Positions 24,801 to 37,414 of a DNA stretch of 61,232 bases are shown here, one piece after another. The notes under the pieces are model-generated. The model had not been told where the DNA came from. It worked only from the letters and a program-made list of their open reading frames with translations, and searched no databases. The stretch comes from Klebsormidium nitens. Lineage: Eukaryota; Plantae; Klebsormidiophyceae. The stretch covers positions 1 to 61,232 of the forward strand of contig DF237498.1 of the NCBI GenBank assembly GCA_000708835.1. Reading direction: 5' to 3'. The position numbers and the translations under genes were made by a program. Every line of letters begins with the position of its first letter. Position 1 is the stretch's first letter.

Positions 24801-26778
24801 AGGAAGGATCGCAGGCGGCTTGTAGGAGCTTACGGGACTGCAGAGAAAAGTCAAAGTTGGTCATAATTATAGTAGGGGTCTCATCCTGCAGAGACCTCTT
24901 CAAAGGTTGATCGAGAAACTTGCAAGCCTTGGTCGGCTTCTTCCGAGCAAGTTCCACGTTACTTTTTCCACAAGTTCTTGACAAGAAGGTGAGGAAATCC
25001 ACGAGGCTGTGGAGGCGAGATGCATTATGCACTCCAGGAATCTCCTGTAACTATCCTGACCAAACCAAGGTTGAGCTACACAATAGCAGTTTGATAAGCT
25101 GCCAGTGTGCATGGTACGCTGTAATAAGCAGACTTGAACCTGAATAGACTGACGCCACATACATTGCAATCCGACGAACAAAGTGCCCAAGCTCAAGGAA
25201 CTAGATGGTGCACTCACTTAGAGATAGTCAATGCAGCCGACCGGTGATGAAACTCAATCAAGGACAAATGGTTTCAAGGTAGCTTCCAAAGTGCCCTTTC
25301 GATGCTTTGTGGGCACTTTCCAGAATCCTTATTTGAGGAGAGCGTGGTTACTCAGGGGGAGCGAAACAGTTGCACGTTATTTGCAGGCAGGAATACCTAG
25401 GCTAAAACCAGGGGGAGGGCTTACGTCATGCAGTCTGCGCATGCTGAAAAGAGAAAGATAGAAGGATACCGCTAAGAATCCCAAAGCCAGGGCCTTGGAC
25501 AAGGCTAGCAACAAACAAATGGTGGCTGAAAGAATTCTGCATTCAAGACTACCAAGCAAATTGTATGCATTCTCAGGTTTACTTTCACTGTCTGCTGACA
25601 GCAAGATTGCACCTTTCAAGAACGAAATGAGAGGAGTTGTCTTGATTTTTAATCTGAGTTTGTAGTAACTTGCCAAGAAGTTTCAGACCCTCTTTACATT
25701 TGACTTGGTGGCAATAAGGCAAATAAGGAGAAAATGGCATGACTGCAGAAAAAAAAACTGTAAGTTGAAGGCTTTCTTGGGCTTCTGTGAGATAGCTTGT
25801 TCATTAGAAGGTAGACATTCCACTTCACATTCTTCTGGTCAACAGCCTCACTCAATGTGGATCAAGATTCATGCTGAGACGCCACATTGACAAGGGACAT
25901 TGCAATGCCAAGCAGCAATCTACTGTGGCCAGTGCCATAGTCACTACTTTCTGAAACTGCTGAGAAGAGTTTGACGAGAGGAGCATGTCGACAGGTGTAC
26001 AGACTCTAACAGCATTGCCCATTATGTTAGAGAATGTTACTCAGGCCCCCTTCACAAGGTTCTTGGCCAACCGTCTCTTGGGCATTCAGCTTGATAAGTT
26101 GCTCTAGATTGACCAGTGTTTGAAAGCAAGACAATGTACAAGTCACTGATTCACCAGATAAAGGATACACCTTCGGTCTGCCTTGACATAAGGGCAAGAA
26201 TTATCACTGCTGTTCACCAGCTAAATCCTCAACAAATCACAGGTAAAGTCACTCTCAGGAATCTTTGGAAGGGTCACATCCAGGAAACTTGGGAAGGGTT
26301 ACACCGAAAAAATTCCAAGAGGTGTTCATACAAGATCTCAAACCAGCAACTTTCCCCTGACTTTAGTCAATTCTTTGAAGCAAGATCAAGATTGTGTAGG
26401 AACAAGAAGGAAAAGAAAGCCTTTGCTTGCAGCATTGTGTACGTAAGCTTCTGCGGCGGACCAACTCCTGGCTTTGGGGGTGAAGACTCTAAGGCCGCTC
26501 AAAGCTGTGCCCTTCATCAGAAACACAAACGGCACACACAATTTCTTGCATTGTGGCTCTGGCAACAGATTTGAAACTCTCTACCAGCTGGAACGTCATC
26601 AATATGACGGCAGATCTGTAGCCAGCACATTGTTCAAGAACAATGCGTTACTCACATTGCCGTTCTCCAGGCTTGAGCCCATGACAGGGACCGCCAAAAG
26701 AGCGCACAGCGCGGCCAAGAGCCACGCCATTCTAGTTTTCCTCACGCTCAGCGCCGTCGCCGGAAGCTGTGCTGTCAT
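12891..26778 (-). CDS. Secreted modular protein: signal peptide, three Cys-rich modules with Pro/Thr-rich linkers, C-terminal domain of unknown function
   Basis: Phase-consistent exons (minus): 26778-26656 (MTAQ..MAWLLAALCALLAVPVMG signal peptide), 24837-24785 (SRKLLQ), 24326-24057, 23542-22606 (spans a gap), 21755-21427, 20375-20077, 19617-19400, 18766-18590, 16764-16563, 14642-14295, 13301-12891. Repeated module CY-x2-DGS-x-F-x-CC-x-G-x-C-x8-CPGG. Extra small exons in 24840-26650 cannot be excluded. Confidence 0.8.
14820..16180 (-). repeat. Degenerate copies of the acceptor plus 5' part of exon 14642-14295
   Basis: GGCCTCTTCAACTGCGGCACCCAGACCAAC-like copies near 14890, 15915, 16045 and 16165. 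The array is interrupted by the gap at 14942-15826. Confidence 0.8.
14942..15826. other. Assembly gap
   Basis: N run. Other gaps at 17524-17745, 22793-23396 and 28168-28928. All four border repeat-rich sequence. Confidence 0.99.
16270..17850 (-). repeat. Echo array on both sides of exon 16764-16563
   Basis: At least six acceptor plus 5' copies (CCCGTGGA(C/T)TACATC(G/A)ACCT(C/G)CCGTGGCAGGGCCTGGG and variants) near 16900, 17075, 17205, 17330, 17455 and 17840, and two 3' copies (GAAGGCACCGGGGACCAG, with the gtgagg donor retained in the 16410-16505 copy) near 16290 and 16410-16505. Gap at 17524-17745. Confidence 0.85.
19915..20000 (-). repeat. Copy of the 3' part of exon 20375-20077
   Basis: GCCCCCCGTTCCGATCCGGATC..CCCGCACGCGGACGTGTGCTCGAGCGTCCGGA is duplicated about 160 bp from the exon. 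Confidence 0.8.
21609..21656 (-). repeat. Coding minisatellite (GTCGGGTTTGGG)x4 encoding PNPT repeats
   Basis: Four exact 12-mers inside exon 21755-21427. Confidence 0.9.
24135..24240 (-). repeat. Coding 27-nt repeat encoding PPPTSGPTN x3-4
   Basis: Visible in the translation. Related repeats flank the gap at 22793-23396. Confidence 0.85.
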
Positions 26779-29035
26779 GTGAAGGGGTTCTCGAGCTCAG
26801 AGGAACTTTCCGACGGATCTCTGGGAAGAGAAGCGGAATGGAAAAAGAGCTGGTGGAAATCCCACCTGATGATCTAGACCAAAGCTGGTGGATCATCAGC
26901 TCCAAAGTGAAACGTATCTGGGGGAGGTTGAAGGGCAAGAACTCCCTGGAAAGCGTCTGCAGAGCTCGTGCCTTGCAGCTAGCAAACCGGCGACTTTTTC
27001 TCTCCCAACGACGTGCCGTATGTTTCTTCCACATGGACTGATGCTGGCACACAACACTGGAACTGGAAGCAATGCCGTCAGCAACGTATACTAATAGCTC
27101 GAACAGCACTCCCCGCTCAGTCTGCTGACCTCAGCTGAATCCCGACAGGAGTGGCCGGCGCCCTCGCAGGGCCGCCAATTGTCAGCTGGCGGTGCTTTCA
27201 AGTATTCAGAGCCGTGTCACGTTCAGCTATAGCTGGCAACATCGGAATGTTGACAGAATATTATAGTAATACCCCGACATACCTATTCCTCGCAGCTGAG
27301 CTGGGGAGTCGGCGCCAAGCAGAGCGTGCAGTGAACCTGTACCTATGTGTGCTACTATAACACCATGTGCTTCTGGCACTGCAAACTGGCAGGCGGGCGA
27401 TCCCCCCCATCAAAACACGACTGCGCGCACGTTGTGCAAACGTACCAGCTGGAAGCATTTGGCTGCACCTACCGTAATATTCTGCATATTTAATTAATAT
27501 AGGTACCTATATATGCCATTGGCATGCCGCCTGCGCTGGCTTCCTCCCTAGCCTAGGGGCACGCCGCACAAGTTCCTGCATGGCTACCTAGTCTAGCTCC
27601 AAGCTTGCGCAAACCTGGTATACTAGCCCCGGGCCCAGGCGACCACGTCCGCAAAGAATTCAACGCGTAAGACGTCGAGGATATAGGCCGCCGGATTCGC
27701 TGCTCGCTGCAGACTCGGAGCAATTTTCGCTTGCCAAGTGGCGGCTGTGCGCGTCATCGTCAGACGGCCCGCCGAGGGTGTGCACAGTGCACAGTGCGGC
27801 ACTGTCACTGATCAGTGCACACAGTCACCAGTGTGCACTGAGCACTGAGCAGTGAGCAACTCATAAAACGTGGACGGTGTGGCGCGCTGTGGAGGGCTTG
27901 CGGGGTGATTCCGTGCGCGACACGTGGTTGTGGAACGCCGGCTTGACCGGCGGCCTGTACGGACGTCGGCGAACGAGCCTGGAGGCCGCATGAAACTCAA
28001 GAAATATATAATAGTAAGAGTAAGGTAACCGCACTGTGACGGGTAGGGTTAGTATGGTGGTTAGGGTGAGTACGGGTGCGGAGCGGGTGTTTCATTTAAG
28101 GTTAGGGTTTTTAGTGTTAGTCGGAGCTTACTGTTATCTTGGCTTACTATCGGGAGGAAAGAATCGTNNNNNNNNNNNNNNNNNNNNNNNNNNNNNNNNN
28201 NNNNNNNNNNNNNNNNNNNNNNNNNNNNNNNNNNNNNNNNNNNNNNNNNNNNNNNNNNNNNNNNNNNNNNNNNNNNNNNNNNNNNNNNNNNNNNNNNNNN
28301 NNNNNNNNNNNNNNNNNNNNNNNNNNNNNNNNNNNNNNNNNNNNNNNNNNNNNNNNNNNNNNNNNNNNNNNNNNNNNNNNNNNNNNNNNNNNNNNNNNNN
28401 NNNNNNNNNNNNNNNNNNNNNNNNNNNNNNNNNNNNNNNNNNNNNNNNNNNNNNNNNNNNNNNNNNNNNNNNNNNNNNNNNNNNNNNNNNNNNNNNNNNN
28501 NNNNNNNNNNNNNNNNNNNNNNNNNNNNNNNNNNNNNNNNNNNNNNNNNNNNNNNNNNNNNNNNNNNNNNNNNNNNNNNNNNNNNNNNNNNNNNNNNNNN
28601 NNNNNNNNNNNNNNNNNNNNNNNNNNNNNNNNNNNNNNNNNNNNNNNNNNNNNNNNNNNNNNNNNNNNNNNNNNNNNNNNNNNNNNNNNNNNNNNNNNNN
28701 NNNNNNNNNNNNNNNNNNNNNNNNNNNNNNNNNNNNNNNNNNNNNNNNNNNNNNNNNNNNNNNNNNNNNNNNNNNNNNNNNNNNNNNNNNNNNNNNNNNN
28801 NNNNNNNNNNNNNNNNNNNNNNNNNNNNNNNNNNNNNNNNNNNNNNNNNNNNNNNNNNNNNNNNNNNNNNNNNNNNNNNNNNNNNNNNNNNNNNNNNNNN
28901 NNNNNNNNNNNNNNNNNNNNNNNNNNNNACCAACTTTGACTATTACAACTATTATCTTTCTTGAGAGTTATGGCCGCCGCTGGAGTCTGGACGGTCGAAA
29001 GCACGGTCACGACTCACGAGTCACGGCCCACGGGA

Positions 29036-29230
29036 ACTGGCGACATCTGTGTTCACTTAGGGCCGTGTTCACTTCAAAACGGTTCCCGGGAACGGATAGG
29101 GTTGGCAGGGGGGTTAGGGTGGATACGGGTGCGGAGCGCGTAACTGTGTTAGTTTAGGTTTTTAGTTTGCTTTTGCCCCGGGTGGGTACCTAAGTGAACA
29201 CAAGCTAAAGTGAACACAAATGTCGCCAGT
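29036..29230. mobile_element. Short inverted-repeat element (MITE-like)
   Basis: ~39-bp imperfect arms at 29036-29074 and 29192-29230, each with two GTGTTCACTT subrepeats. The core resembles sequence at 28040-28115 and 20485-20530. No clear TSD. Confidence 0.45.
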
Positions 29231-29487
29231 ATCATGTATCGCCCGTGGGCGACCGCCTATGCGTATTTAAGTTCACTGGATCCGCGAATATCAATGATTA
29301 GGTACGTCAGTGGTCACGTGACGGTAAAATCGTCACGCGCGTCGCCGACGTGCGCACTGGTTGCCGTCAACCGTACCTCACGCATTTTACGGGCGACGCC
29401 GACTTGAAGTCGAGTCAAAAGAGTCCAATGATCAATCATCAACGTTCAGAATATTCATTGAATCAATGGTGATCATTTGCTGGTGGG

Positions 29488-29743
29488 CCGTACTAACAGA
29501 GCGGGGTCAAGGAGAATCAGTTACTTCGAGCTACCGGGGCCGGGGAGGATTTTGGAAGGGGTGACGTGGCGAGGTTCAGGGTTTTGACCGGGGCCTTCCT
29601 AATCATGATTGGCCGAATGGAGCCTAGCCCGGGGTTTTGCCCCTAAACCTCGCCACGTCAGCCCTTCCAACAGCGTCCCCGGCCCCGGTCCTGAAATTTT
29701 ACTGATTCTCTTGGACCCCCGCTCTAACACTGTAACAGTACGG
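29488..29743. mobile_element. Fold-back (MITE-like) element
   Basis: Imperfect ~110-bp inverted arms (CCGTACT..AGAGCGGGG..CCGGGGCCGGGG..TGACGTGGCGAGGTT and its reverse complement) around a ~40-bp loop. Confidence 0.6.
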
Positions 29744-30045
29744 TAGGGCAGTAATGCAAAACACTGTGTTTTAATCCATTACCATTATTCTTCTCTAACA
29801 GACGGAAGTTCATCGATCCTAGTTCCTTTCTTCCTTCAAGTTGCTCCCTATTAAAACGACAACACAGCCTGGCTCTTTCAACTTCTGAGCACTTCGTTTT
29901 CCAACATCACAATTGCAAGAGGAATCAAGACTTTGCGCACTATAATATCCTAGTAATAGCTCAGAGGGTGAAGGTTTTCAATCTTGCCTCGCACAGGCGC
30001 CTCTTTGGTGTACTTCTAGCTTCCTCCTTGCTCGATTTATTCCAA

Positions 30046-33000
30046 ATGGAGCAAGCAGAAGAAATAGCTGCCAGGGGAAAGAATGGGACGCCCGACAAGC
30101 AACGTCTGCTGGCGGACGGGGCACTCCCGTCGGAGTCGTCTGAACACGAAACCCTGCACAGCGTGTCGTTGGACGAGATTACAGACAGCGTAAAAGGCAA
30201 TATGCAGTCGGACGGCCAGCGAGCTCCTGGTGCGCCGAGCAATGCTGATGTCAGCAGATCCTCCTCTGCCGACGTGAGCGACTCCTCATCTGCTGCCATC
30301 AGCACTTTCCCAAGGCAGGGGAGCAGGGGGATCCAGCTGACGCGGCTTTCCATCCCCGAGGAAGATCTAGAGGAGGATGAAAATCATGACGGGCCGCTGC
30401 TGGATCCAAAGACGCAGCCCGTCAACAAGCTGCCGCGACAAGAGGAGGAGTTTGACAGCTACTTAACCGGGCCGGTTAGGACCCTGGTTATTGGCGTAAC
30501 TAGTACGCTGACCTTTGTGCTCTTAGGCAGCACGGTGGTTCTGGCGGTGTGCCTCATGCCGGGCATGGAAGGCACGATTGACACCGTGGCGCCAATTGCA
30601 GCCTCGTTGCTGATGCTGTCCCTCATGGGCAGGTGAGGCTGGTGCCAATGTCATCAGTTGCAGTGTGTGATCTGTTCAAGTTGCCCGCTGTGCGAAGTTT
30701 GAGTGGGTTGTGCCAGATCCGCCAACTCAGTCAATTCGTCTGGATTCTGCAAGCTCCGATGGGTTTAACAGAAGAGTGTAAGTATGGGCTTGCATTGCGC
30801 ACTTCTTGCAGTTCCATACATCTCCAATTACGCCCAAACCTTTCCTTTGATCATGTTGGAAAGGGCAATCCTGACTGTCTGGCAACCCTGGAAGAGTCAA
30901 CTTGGAAGGCTTTGGTTGAGGGGGGGGTGTTTGAAAGCTTTTGAAAGGAACAGGGGCCACGGTCCTTTTGTCATCCTGTGCTAAGGAAACACAAGGATGA
31001 TACGAACTGCAATATTGCAAGCCCGAGAGTGCGCATCTGTCATGTTGATTATGTCTCATCCGGCCACTACAGTGATCGCATACTTAGGAGACAAAAGTTC
31101 TCCCGGGCAGCGCCCTGAGGGCAATCTGCCCCCTGTGTATGCTTTTCTGCGAGAGCATCTCAGCGCAGCGCGCGACGCATACGCTTAGCCGGATAGAGTG
31201 TGCCTGCTATATAGCAGTTATTATTATGTTTATTATTAGTGGCACCTATACACCCCTGGTGATGGGTCCGTCCAAGACCTGTCCTAAGACCATCCAAGCT
31301 CATCCAATTCTTTCCTGCTCAGCACTGAACAGCTCTTACCAATTTCTACATGGGCCCTTTGTTGACCTTCCACTAACCCTCTTGCTAACTCTCCCCTAAC
31401 CCTTTTGCTGCAGTTTGGTGTGGTGTTGCTGGTTGGGATGGAACCAATGTTGGTTTGCAGGTGGGTTCTCCTCTACAAACCTTTGCCGGCTGTTTGGAAG
31501 AATCCAATGACCAATATAAAGAAAAGCACGATCGTCCTGCTTTGCAATTGGTGAGACATGGTTCTCTTATATGGACTTCATCGAGCGCTTGAGTGACATT
31601 CTTCAAGAAGACAAGCCAGAATGGAGAACACCCTGCCCTGAATGGGTTAGTAATCAGGTTACAGAGACAGATTCAGTTACTTGCCCTTCTTTTGCAGCGA
31701 CCAAGAACAATCTCATCCGACGGCTGCCGTTCACTCTCCTCCACATGCTGAAACCCGATGAACTGGTGAAGGTAAGGGACTTCTGTTTGCTTGTAACGTT
31801 CTTTCTGCATTGAAGAGATGTCGGCAGTGAGCAGCGCAGGAGAACAAATTGCAAAAATAGGTACCTAATCTAATGCCCAATGAAGGGTCCTGAATTAGTT
31901 GATCCTTCGGTTGAGGGACGAGTTTCATAGGAGTCGATCCAGTCATAAGTGGTCAGTTTTCTGACCCAGTCCCTCATGTAGTCGGTCGGTCCAACAATTT
32001 GAACGGCATTTCTCGACGAACAAGCGTAGTATTACTGCGCTGTACGATTTCATCTCAGTCGTACAGCCCAATCGCACTGCCGCTTTAATGACTGCGCATG
32101 ACCGAAAGTGAGCATCCGCTGAGGCCGCGTGAGGTCGTTTCCAAGCTGCGGATGACGTCGTTTTAGCGCAGTTGAAGGGTCTCACTTGCGATCGGGCATA
32201 CCGATCCCCTCACGGGGAGCTACTCGCACTCGATGTACCACGTTTATACAAACCCTTAGCTTCTCTAAGGAAAGCTTCGAACGCTGTGCTGATGTCAGCT
32301 GACATCATCGAGCATATGCGCATGTCAGAGGCGCATCTCAGTCGGGCCCTGACGGACCTCACGGCAAGCTACTCGCATCGAATCATTTCGGTGGACTCGA
32401 ACCTCAATCGCTGAACGGGAAGCTTGCAAATAATGCTGACGTCAGCTGAAATCATCGAGCATTTGTTCAGATCAAGGGGCGCGTCGCGGTTGGGCCTGAC
32501 GGCCCCCTCACGACGAGCTAGTCGCACCAGATGAACCGCGTGTCTCCAGATTCCTCTACTCTAAAAGGGGACACCGAAACTATGCTGACGTCAGCTGACG
32601 CTATTGAGCTTTGCGCAGGTCAAGGGGCGCATCGCGGTCGGTCCCGACGGCCCCCTCACGACGAGCTACGCACACCAAAGCAATCGCTTGTTTCAAACCC
32701 ATAAGTTCCTCAAAACGAAAACTCGAAACCTGCGTCGACATCGGCTGACGTTATCGAGCATCTGCGCAGGTCAAAGGGCGCATCGCGGCTGGTCCCGACG
32801 GCCCCCTCACGGCGAGCTACTCGCACCAGATGAACTGCGTGTATATGGAGGCGTATCCACGATCAAGCTGGTCCCATTGATGCTGACGTCAGCTGACGTC
32901 ATTGGCATGTTCGCAGGTGAAAGGGCGCGTCGCGGTTGGTCCCGACGGCCCCCTCACGGCGAGCTACACGCACAGAAGCAACCGCTTGTTTCAAAACCCC

Positions 33001-36000
33001 ATAAGTTCCTCAAACGAGAACTCGCAACCTGCGTCGACATCAGCTGACGTCATCGAGCATCTGCGCAGGTCAAAGGGCGCATCGCGGTCGGTCCCGACGG
33101 CCCCCTCACGGCGAGTTACTCGCACCAGATGAACTGCGTGTACACGGAGGCGTGTCTGTATCGGCAGGACCCCGACGCGGGGGGCCAGGCGAACGAGAAG
33201 TGGGGGTGTGACGTGGCGGAGCGGCGGGCCGTCGATTTCTACCTGGTGGACGACGAGACGGGGAGGTCGGTGCTGGTGAAGGCGGGGTATGGGGCGGGGA
33301 TCACGACGATTGTGGTAAGTTTGTTCTCATGATTTTGAAGCCACTTTGACTTGAATTCCCTCTCTTTTTGGTCAATCTTCGAAGGATTTGCGAGAACGCT
33401 GAGACATGCGGGTTCGTTTCGGGGCTTTTTGAGGGCCAGATCTCAAAGAGTCTGGTGGGTCCAGTCTCACCAGAAGTAATCATGAAAATATGGTTCGTTT
33501 TGCTCCTGTCTTTCGCGGAGGTTTGAATTGCCAAGTCGTGCGGCTTTGCTTAGCCGCTGTTTGATTTGACCAGCGATGCGAGGGGGGAGGGCTTCTGCTC
33601 CTTGCGAAGGCTGGGACGTACGAAGACCACACCCGTTGAAAAGGGCTCCTTTCGTACACCATTTCATGCACTCTCCAGCCGGTTCGTTTTGACCTTCTTG
33701 AATTCCACGCTATCGCTTTTGACGAGTTCGAGTTGATGGACGCTGACAGGGCGCTCTGCACGGTCGTTGTGGCTGCATGATTCCTTTCCGAGTTAATGAT
33801 GGATTATCGCATACCTGTGGAATCCAACACGTGCATGTACTGTGCAAGGACAGCCAGATTCCCAAACGGGTCTGGATTGCCGGTTCATCACTCTTGGCCG
33901 TAATGCTCCTGCCTTTTCAGGAGGTCACTCGTTGTCTTTTGGGACTTTTCTGGTGGAAATTAAGTTTGATAGGAGATGATTCCTCGCTCATGCCGCGGAA
34001 GATGCAGTAATGGTTGCTCATACGAAGCTTGATGCCGCCAAGCTTTCCTTCGGATATCAAGTTCGCGAGAAAGGGGGTGGGGAAAAACGAGAAAGGAAGA
34101 AAGCATCAGATTTAAGAAGCCCGCTCATTATGTTCATAGCCAATCACAGAATTTGTGCAAACAGCAGTAAGTAAGCTAAGGGCGGAAGCAAGGTCCCCCG
34201 GAGTTCTCAAAACCCCGTAGTTTCGCCCTTCCCTCACCTCGATTATGCAATGCCCACAACGAAATTTTTGTGATGCCAATCACGGAGATTCTTTACACGG
34301 CGGGGAATTTCCCGACCACGAGAACGAGTTCCCGCGAAAGTTTTCATAAGCTATATCATCTTATAGTATATCTTCCTCAGGAATCAGGGATCAAGCAACG
34401 TCCTGCGAGGGTCTAGAACAAGGATTCTTGAAGTCGCTTGTCTCTGGTTCCACTAAAATGGAAGTATGCCCTTCTGGTGCCTAACAGCCGGTCACGAAGG
34501 TTGTGGAGACGGCGAGGGGGTCCGGGAAGCGCGAGAATGGATCCCCTTTGAATCTCAAAGTCTCTGCTCTCGTAACTCACCACTAAGATATGGGTAATGC
34601 TCTACGGAATCTTCTCGCAGCTGGTGACGGAGGTTGTGGACGACGCGAGGGGGTCCGCGAAGCCCGAAACCACATCCCCCTGGGAGGTCTGTAGATTACC
34701 TTCGTCACGAACTATGCAGATGAAGCGTTGCAAACGGTATTGCTAGTAAAGCCCCTGCAAAATTCGTGCAGCCGGTCACGGAGATTGTCGAGACGGCGAG
34801 GGGGTCTGCGAAGCGCGAAAACAGTCCCTCGAAACTTTCCTTTCCTTCCGATTCTGAGACCTCCCACTATCCCCTCGGTTTGATCGAGTAACGGTTTTCC
34901 AAATCTTCCGTCCGCAAGTTGCCATTGCTGACTCCCTGTGCTGTTCCCGTCAACGTCCGACTTCAGTATGACGATCCTCTGTAGGCAAGGGCCCACACAA
35001 TCTCCACACAATCTCTTTTCTAGTTCCCAGAATGAAGTAACCATCACTCATCATATCAGCTTACTGCAGCCGGTGACGGATGTTTTGGAGACTTTGAGGG
35101 GGTCCACGAAGCGCGAGAACAGACTTTTCTGAGAGTTTTGTCGATCACCATGCAAACAAGTATCGCGGAGACTATTGCTAACAAAGCCCATGTGAATTCT
35201 TTGCAGCCGGTCACGGAGGTTGTGGAGACGGGAGGGGGTCCGCGAAGCGTGAGAACGACCCCCTCTTGAATGTCCGAGTCTCTGTTCTCGTGTTTTGATT
35301 TTGGAAAGATGGAGTAACGCTCTCCGGAATCCTTGCAGCCGGTTACGGAGGTTGTTGAGACGGCGAGGGGGTCCGCGAAGCGCGAGAACAAGACCCCCAA
35401 GCTGGAGGCCTGGCTGGAGGAGCGCGACAAAACGTCCTATCTGCCGGGAGAACCCGACACGGAGCGGCGGCAAGAGTGGCTGCGGTTCACGGAATCGTGA
35501 GCGGCCTTCTATATGTCTTGAAAGCCTCGCTTTTGCGCCGGAAGTTGTTCGGTGAATTTAGACCCAGGTTGAGATACAGCCAGGTTGAGATGGGTCAGTG
35601 CTTGGAATTGGTTGGCTTTAGTAAGGGTGCTGAGCTCGTTCTTCTGTCTTGAGGGCTTCAGTCGAATAGTTCCAGATGTGTGGCTTAACGTGACTCAGCC
35701 TGAAATTGGGATTTGTGAGTTGTTCGTGACTGCGCTTTAAAGCGTTATTGTGTGTCCGTGCCTTCTCAAATTCTGTCTTGTTTCAGTCCCCTCTTCGTGC
35801 CTTCGCTTCACTTCGAATCCAGAACCGGAAGTTGCTCGCCAGTGCGCTGTCTTCGTAATGCTTTTTCTGACAACAGGAAGATCTCTGTACTTTGAAAGAA
35901 CAGCTGCAGACTGCATTTGAGCGCCCCGCTGTTCTCTATGCATTTCGGAAGTGCGCAATTGCGTTGTGATTGCGTGGAGCGACCTGTTCCTTCCCTTTGT

Positions 36001-36671
36001 CCGGATTGACTCCGCATAGGTATTGCGCATACAGAAAGCAGAAAGCCAGTCCGAGTACAATCATAGGTAATCCTTGCACAACTGAAAAGGAGTCCTGAAT
36101 GGGTTGCAGGTATCTGAGGGCGGGCGACCACGTTCCGGTTCTGAGCAACGCAGGGCGACCAGCTTCTCCCTTATACCTGCTTCGCTTTAATCCGATATTA
36201 AAAGCAAAGCAACGATCAAGTCAAATTCCAGCTCGAAGACGACAAGAAACCACCTTCTTCCTGGTGTGCTACATACTCCTGAGAGCGGGCGACCACGTTT
36301 TGGTGGTAGGCGGAGCGGCGGGGCGACCAGAACTTTTCTTCGAAGTCGCCTCAACTATAATAAGATTCTAAAACCCTTGACGAGAACTTGTACTATTTTC
36401 GGCTTGAAAATGCTCATAAGTCACCCTCTTCCTGGTTTGGTACAGGTATCTAAGAGCGGGCGACCACGTTTTGGTAGTTGGCAACACGGAGCGACGGGGC
36501 GATCAGATAGTCGTCGTTCCACCGGACGAAAGCTTATCGTACGGCTGCCGCTTCTGGTTCTTGTGCTTGTTACCGTTCCATTTGCGCGGCCTCATCATCA
36601 CAAACGAAGGCAAGATGATAGGGGACCTTCCGAAGGCGATGCCGGTGGCAGCGCCCGAGGGCAGCGTGTAA
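30046..36671 (+). CDS. Uncharacterised membrane protein of the At1g16860/At1g78880 family
   Basis: Phase-consistent exons 30046-30632, 31414-31460, 31698-31771, 33069-33314, 35339-35496, 36446-36671. Two N-terminal TM helices, then WNQCW, ELVKVKG, CVYTEACLY, ERRAVDFYLVD..G.SVLVKAGYG and YLRAGDHVLVVG..VVPPDE.LSYGC..LLP..LRGLII, matching the recalled family pattern. Confidence 0.8.
32170..33068 (+). repeat. Six graded tandem copies of the acceptor plus 5' part of exon 33069
   Basis: TGACGTCAGCTGAC..GCGCAGGTCAA(A/G)GGGCGC..CCCGACGGCCCCCTCACG..GAGCTA unit, ~145-bp period. Similarity falls with distance from the exon. Confidence 0.9.
34485..35338 (+). repeat. Five tandem copies of the acceptor plus 5' part of exon 35339
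   Basis: CAGCCGGTCACGGAGGTTGTGGAGACGGCGAGGGGGTCCGCGAAGCGCGAGAA variants near 34485, 34618, 34768, 35062 and 35203. Confidence 0.88.
36100..36445 (+). repeat. Two copies of the start of exon 36446
   Basis: GAG(A/G)GCGGGCGACCACGTT near 36115 and 36280. Confidence 0.8.
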
Positions 36672-37414
36672 GTTAGGAGCAACGGAATCCATGCTACTAG
36701 TCCAATTCATAGAGGATTCTCTCAGAGTAGGACACTACTGACTGTACTTGAGTTGCAAAACAGTGGTGACTGTTGATTTGCAAATATTGAAACGATAGAC
36801 TTGACCAGCCGACATGTCATCCCTTGCTGTAGTACAGCGATTGGTCATCCGCAAAGAAAACTGCATGCAAAATTGTGCAGCCACTGTACAGCTCGACAGG
36901 TGAGCAACCGCTTAAGGTTGGCGGCAATTGTCAGCTAGTAAAGTACGTTGCGCCTCGCCACAAGCATGCAAGTATAGGAGTCTCGTACATTCATTATGCG
37001 CCGAGTGATCCGAGGCCGCCATGCACCACATAATTGGGTTGATATTCGACGTGTGAGCACATATAGCGCGTCGAGGGCCCTAGCTTGCAAATGCGCCATG
37101 CGGCTGATTGCAGTACATTGCTGCAATCATCCAGCTAGCTGCGACGATCGAGCATGTGCCCTCGTCCATGTGCAATATTCCGCTTGTTTCATTACACGCA
37201 CCGCCACGACTTAAACCGTGGCAAGCTGCTTAAGCAATTTGACGTACTCGATGCTGCAACGCGCTTTCAAGTAGCCCGGCCAAAGAGACTTGACTCCAAC
37301 GAGACCGTACCAACAGCTTTGGCATCTCGACGAACTTCTGACCTCCTGGCGCGGCGAGCCTCCATGCTCTAGAATCGCTACTCTTGTCAATGCGTGCCAA
37401 GATCGGTTGATCCC

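Noticed and set aside
14154-29157. Long ORFs in the track that span X runs (e.g. 14154-15941, 14916-16388, 28036-29157)
   Set aside because: They are artefacts of translating N gaps.
28030-29170. Interstitial telomere array
   Set aside because: Only scattered GGTTAGGG words are present, with no run of perfect TTTAGGG-type units in the visible sequence.
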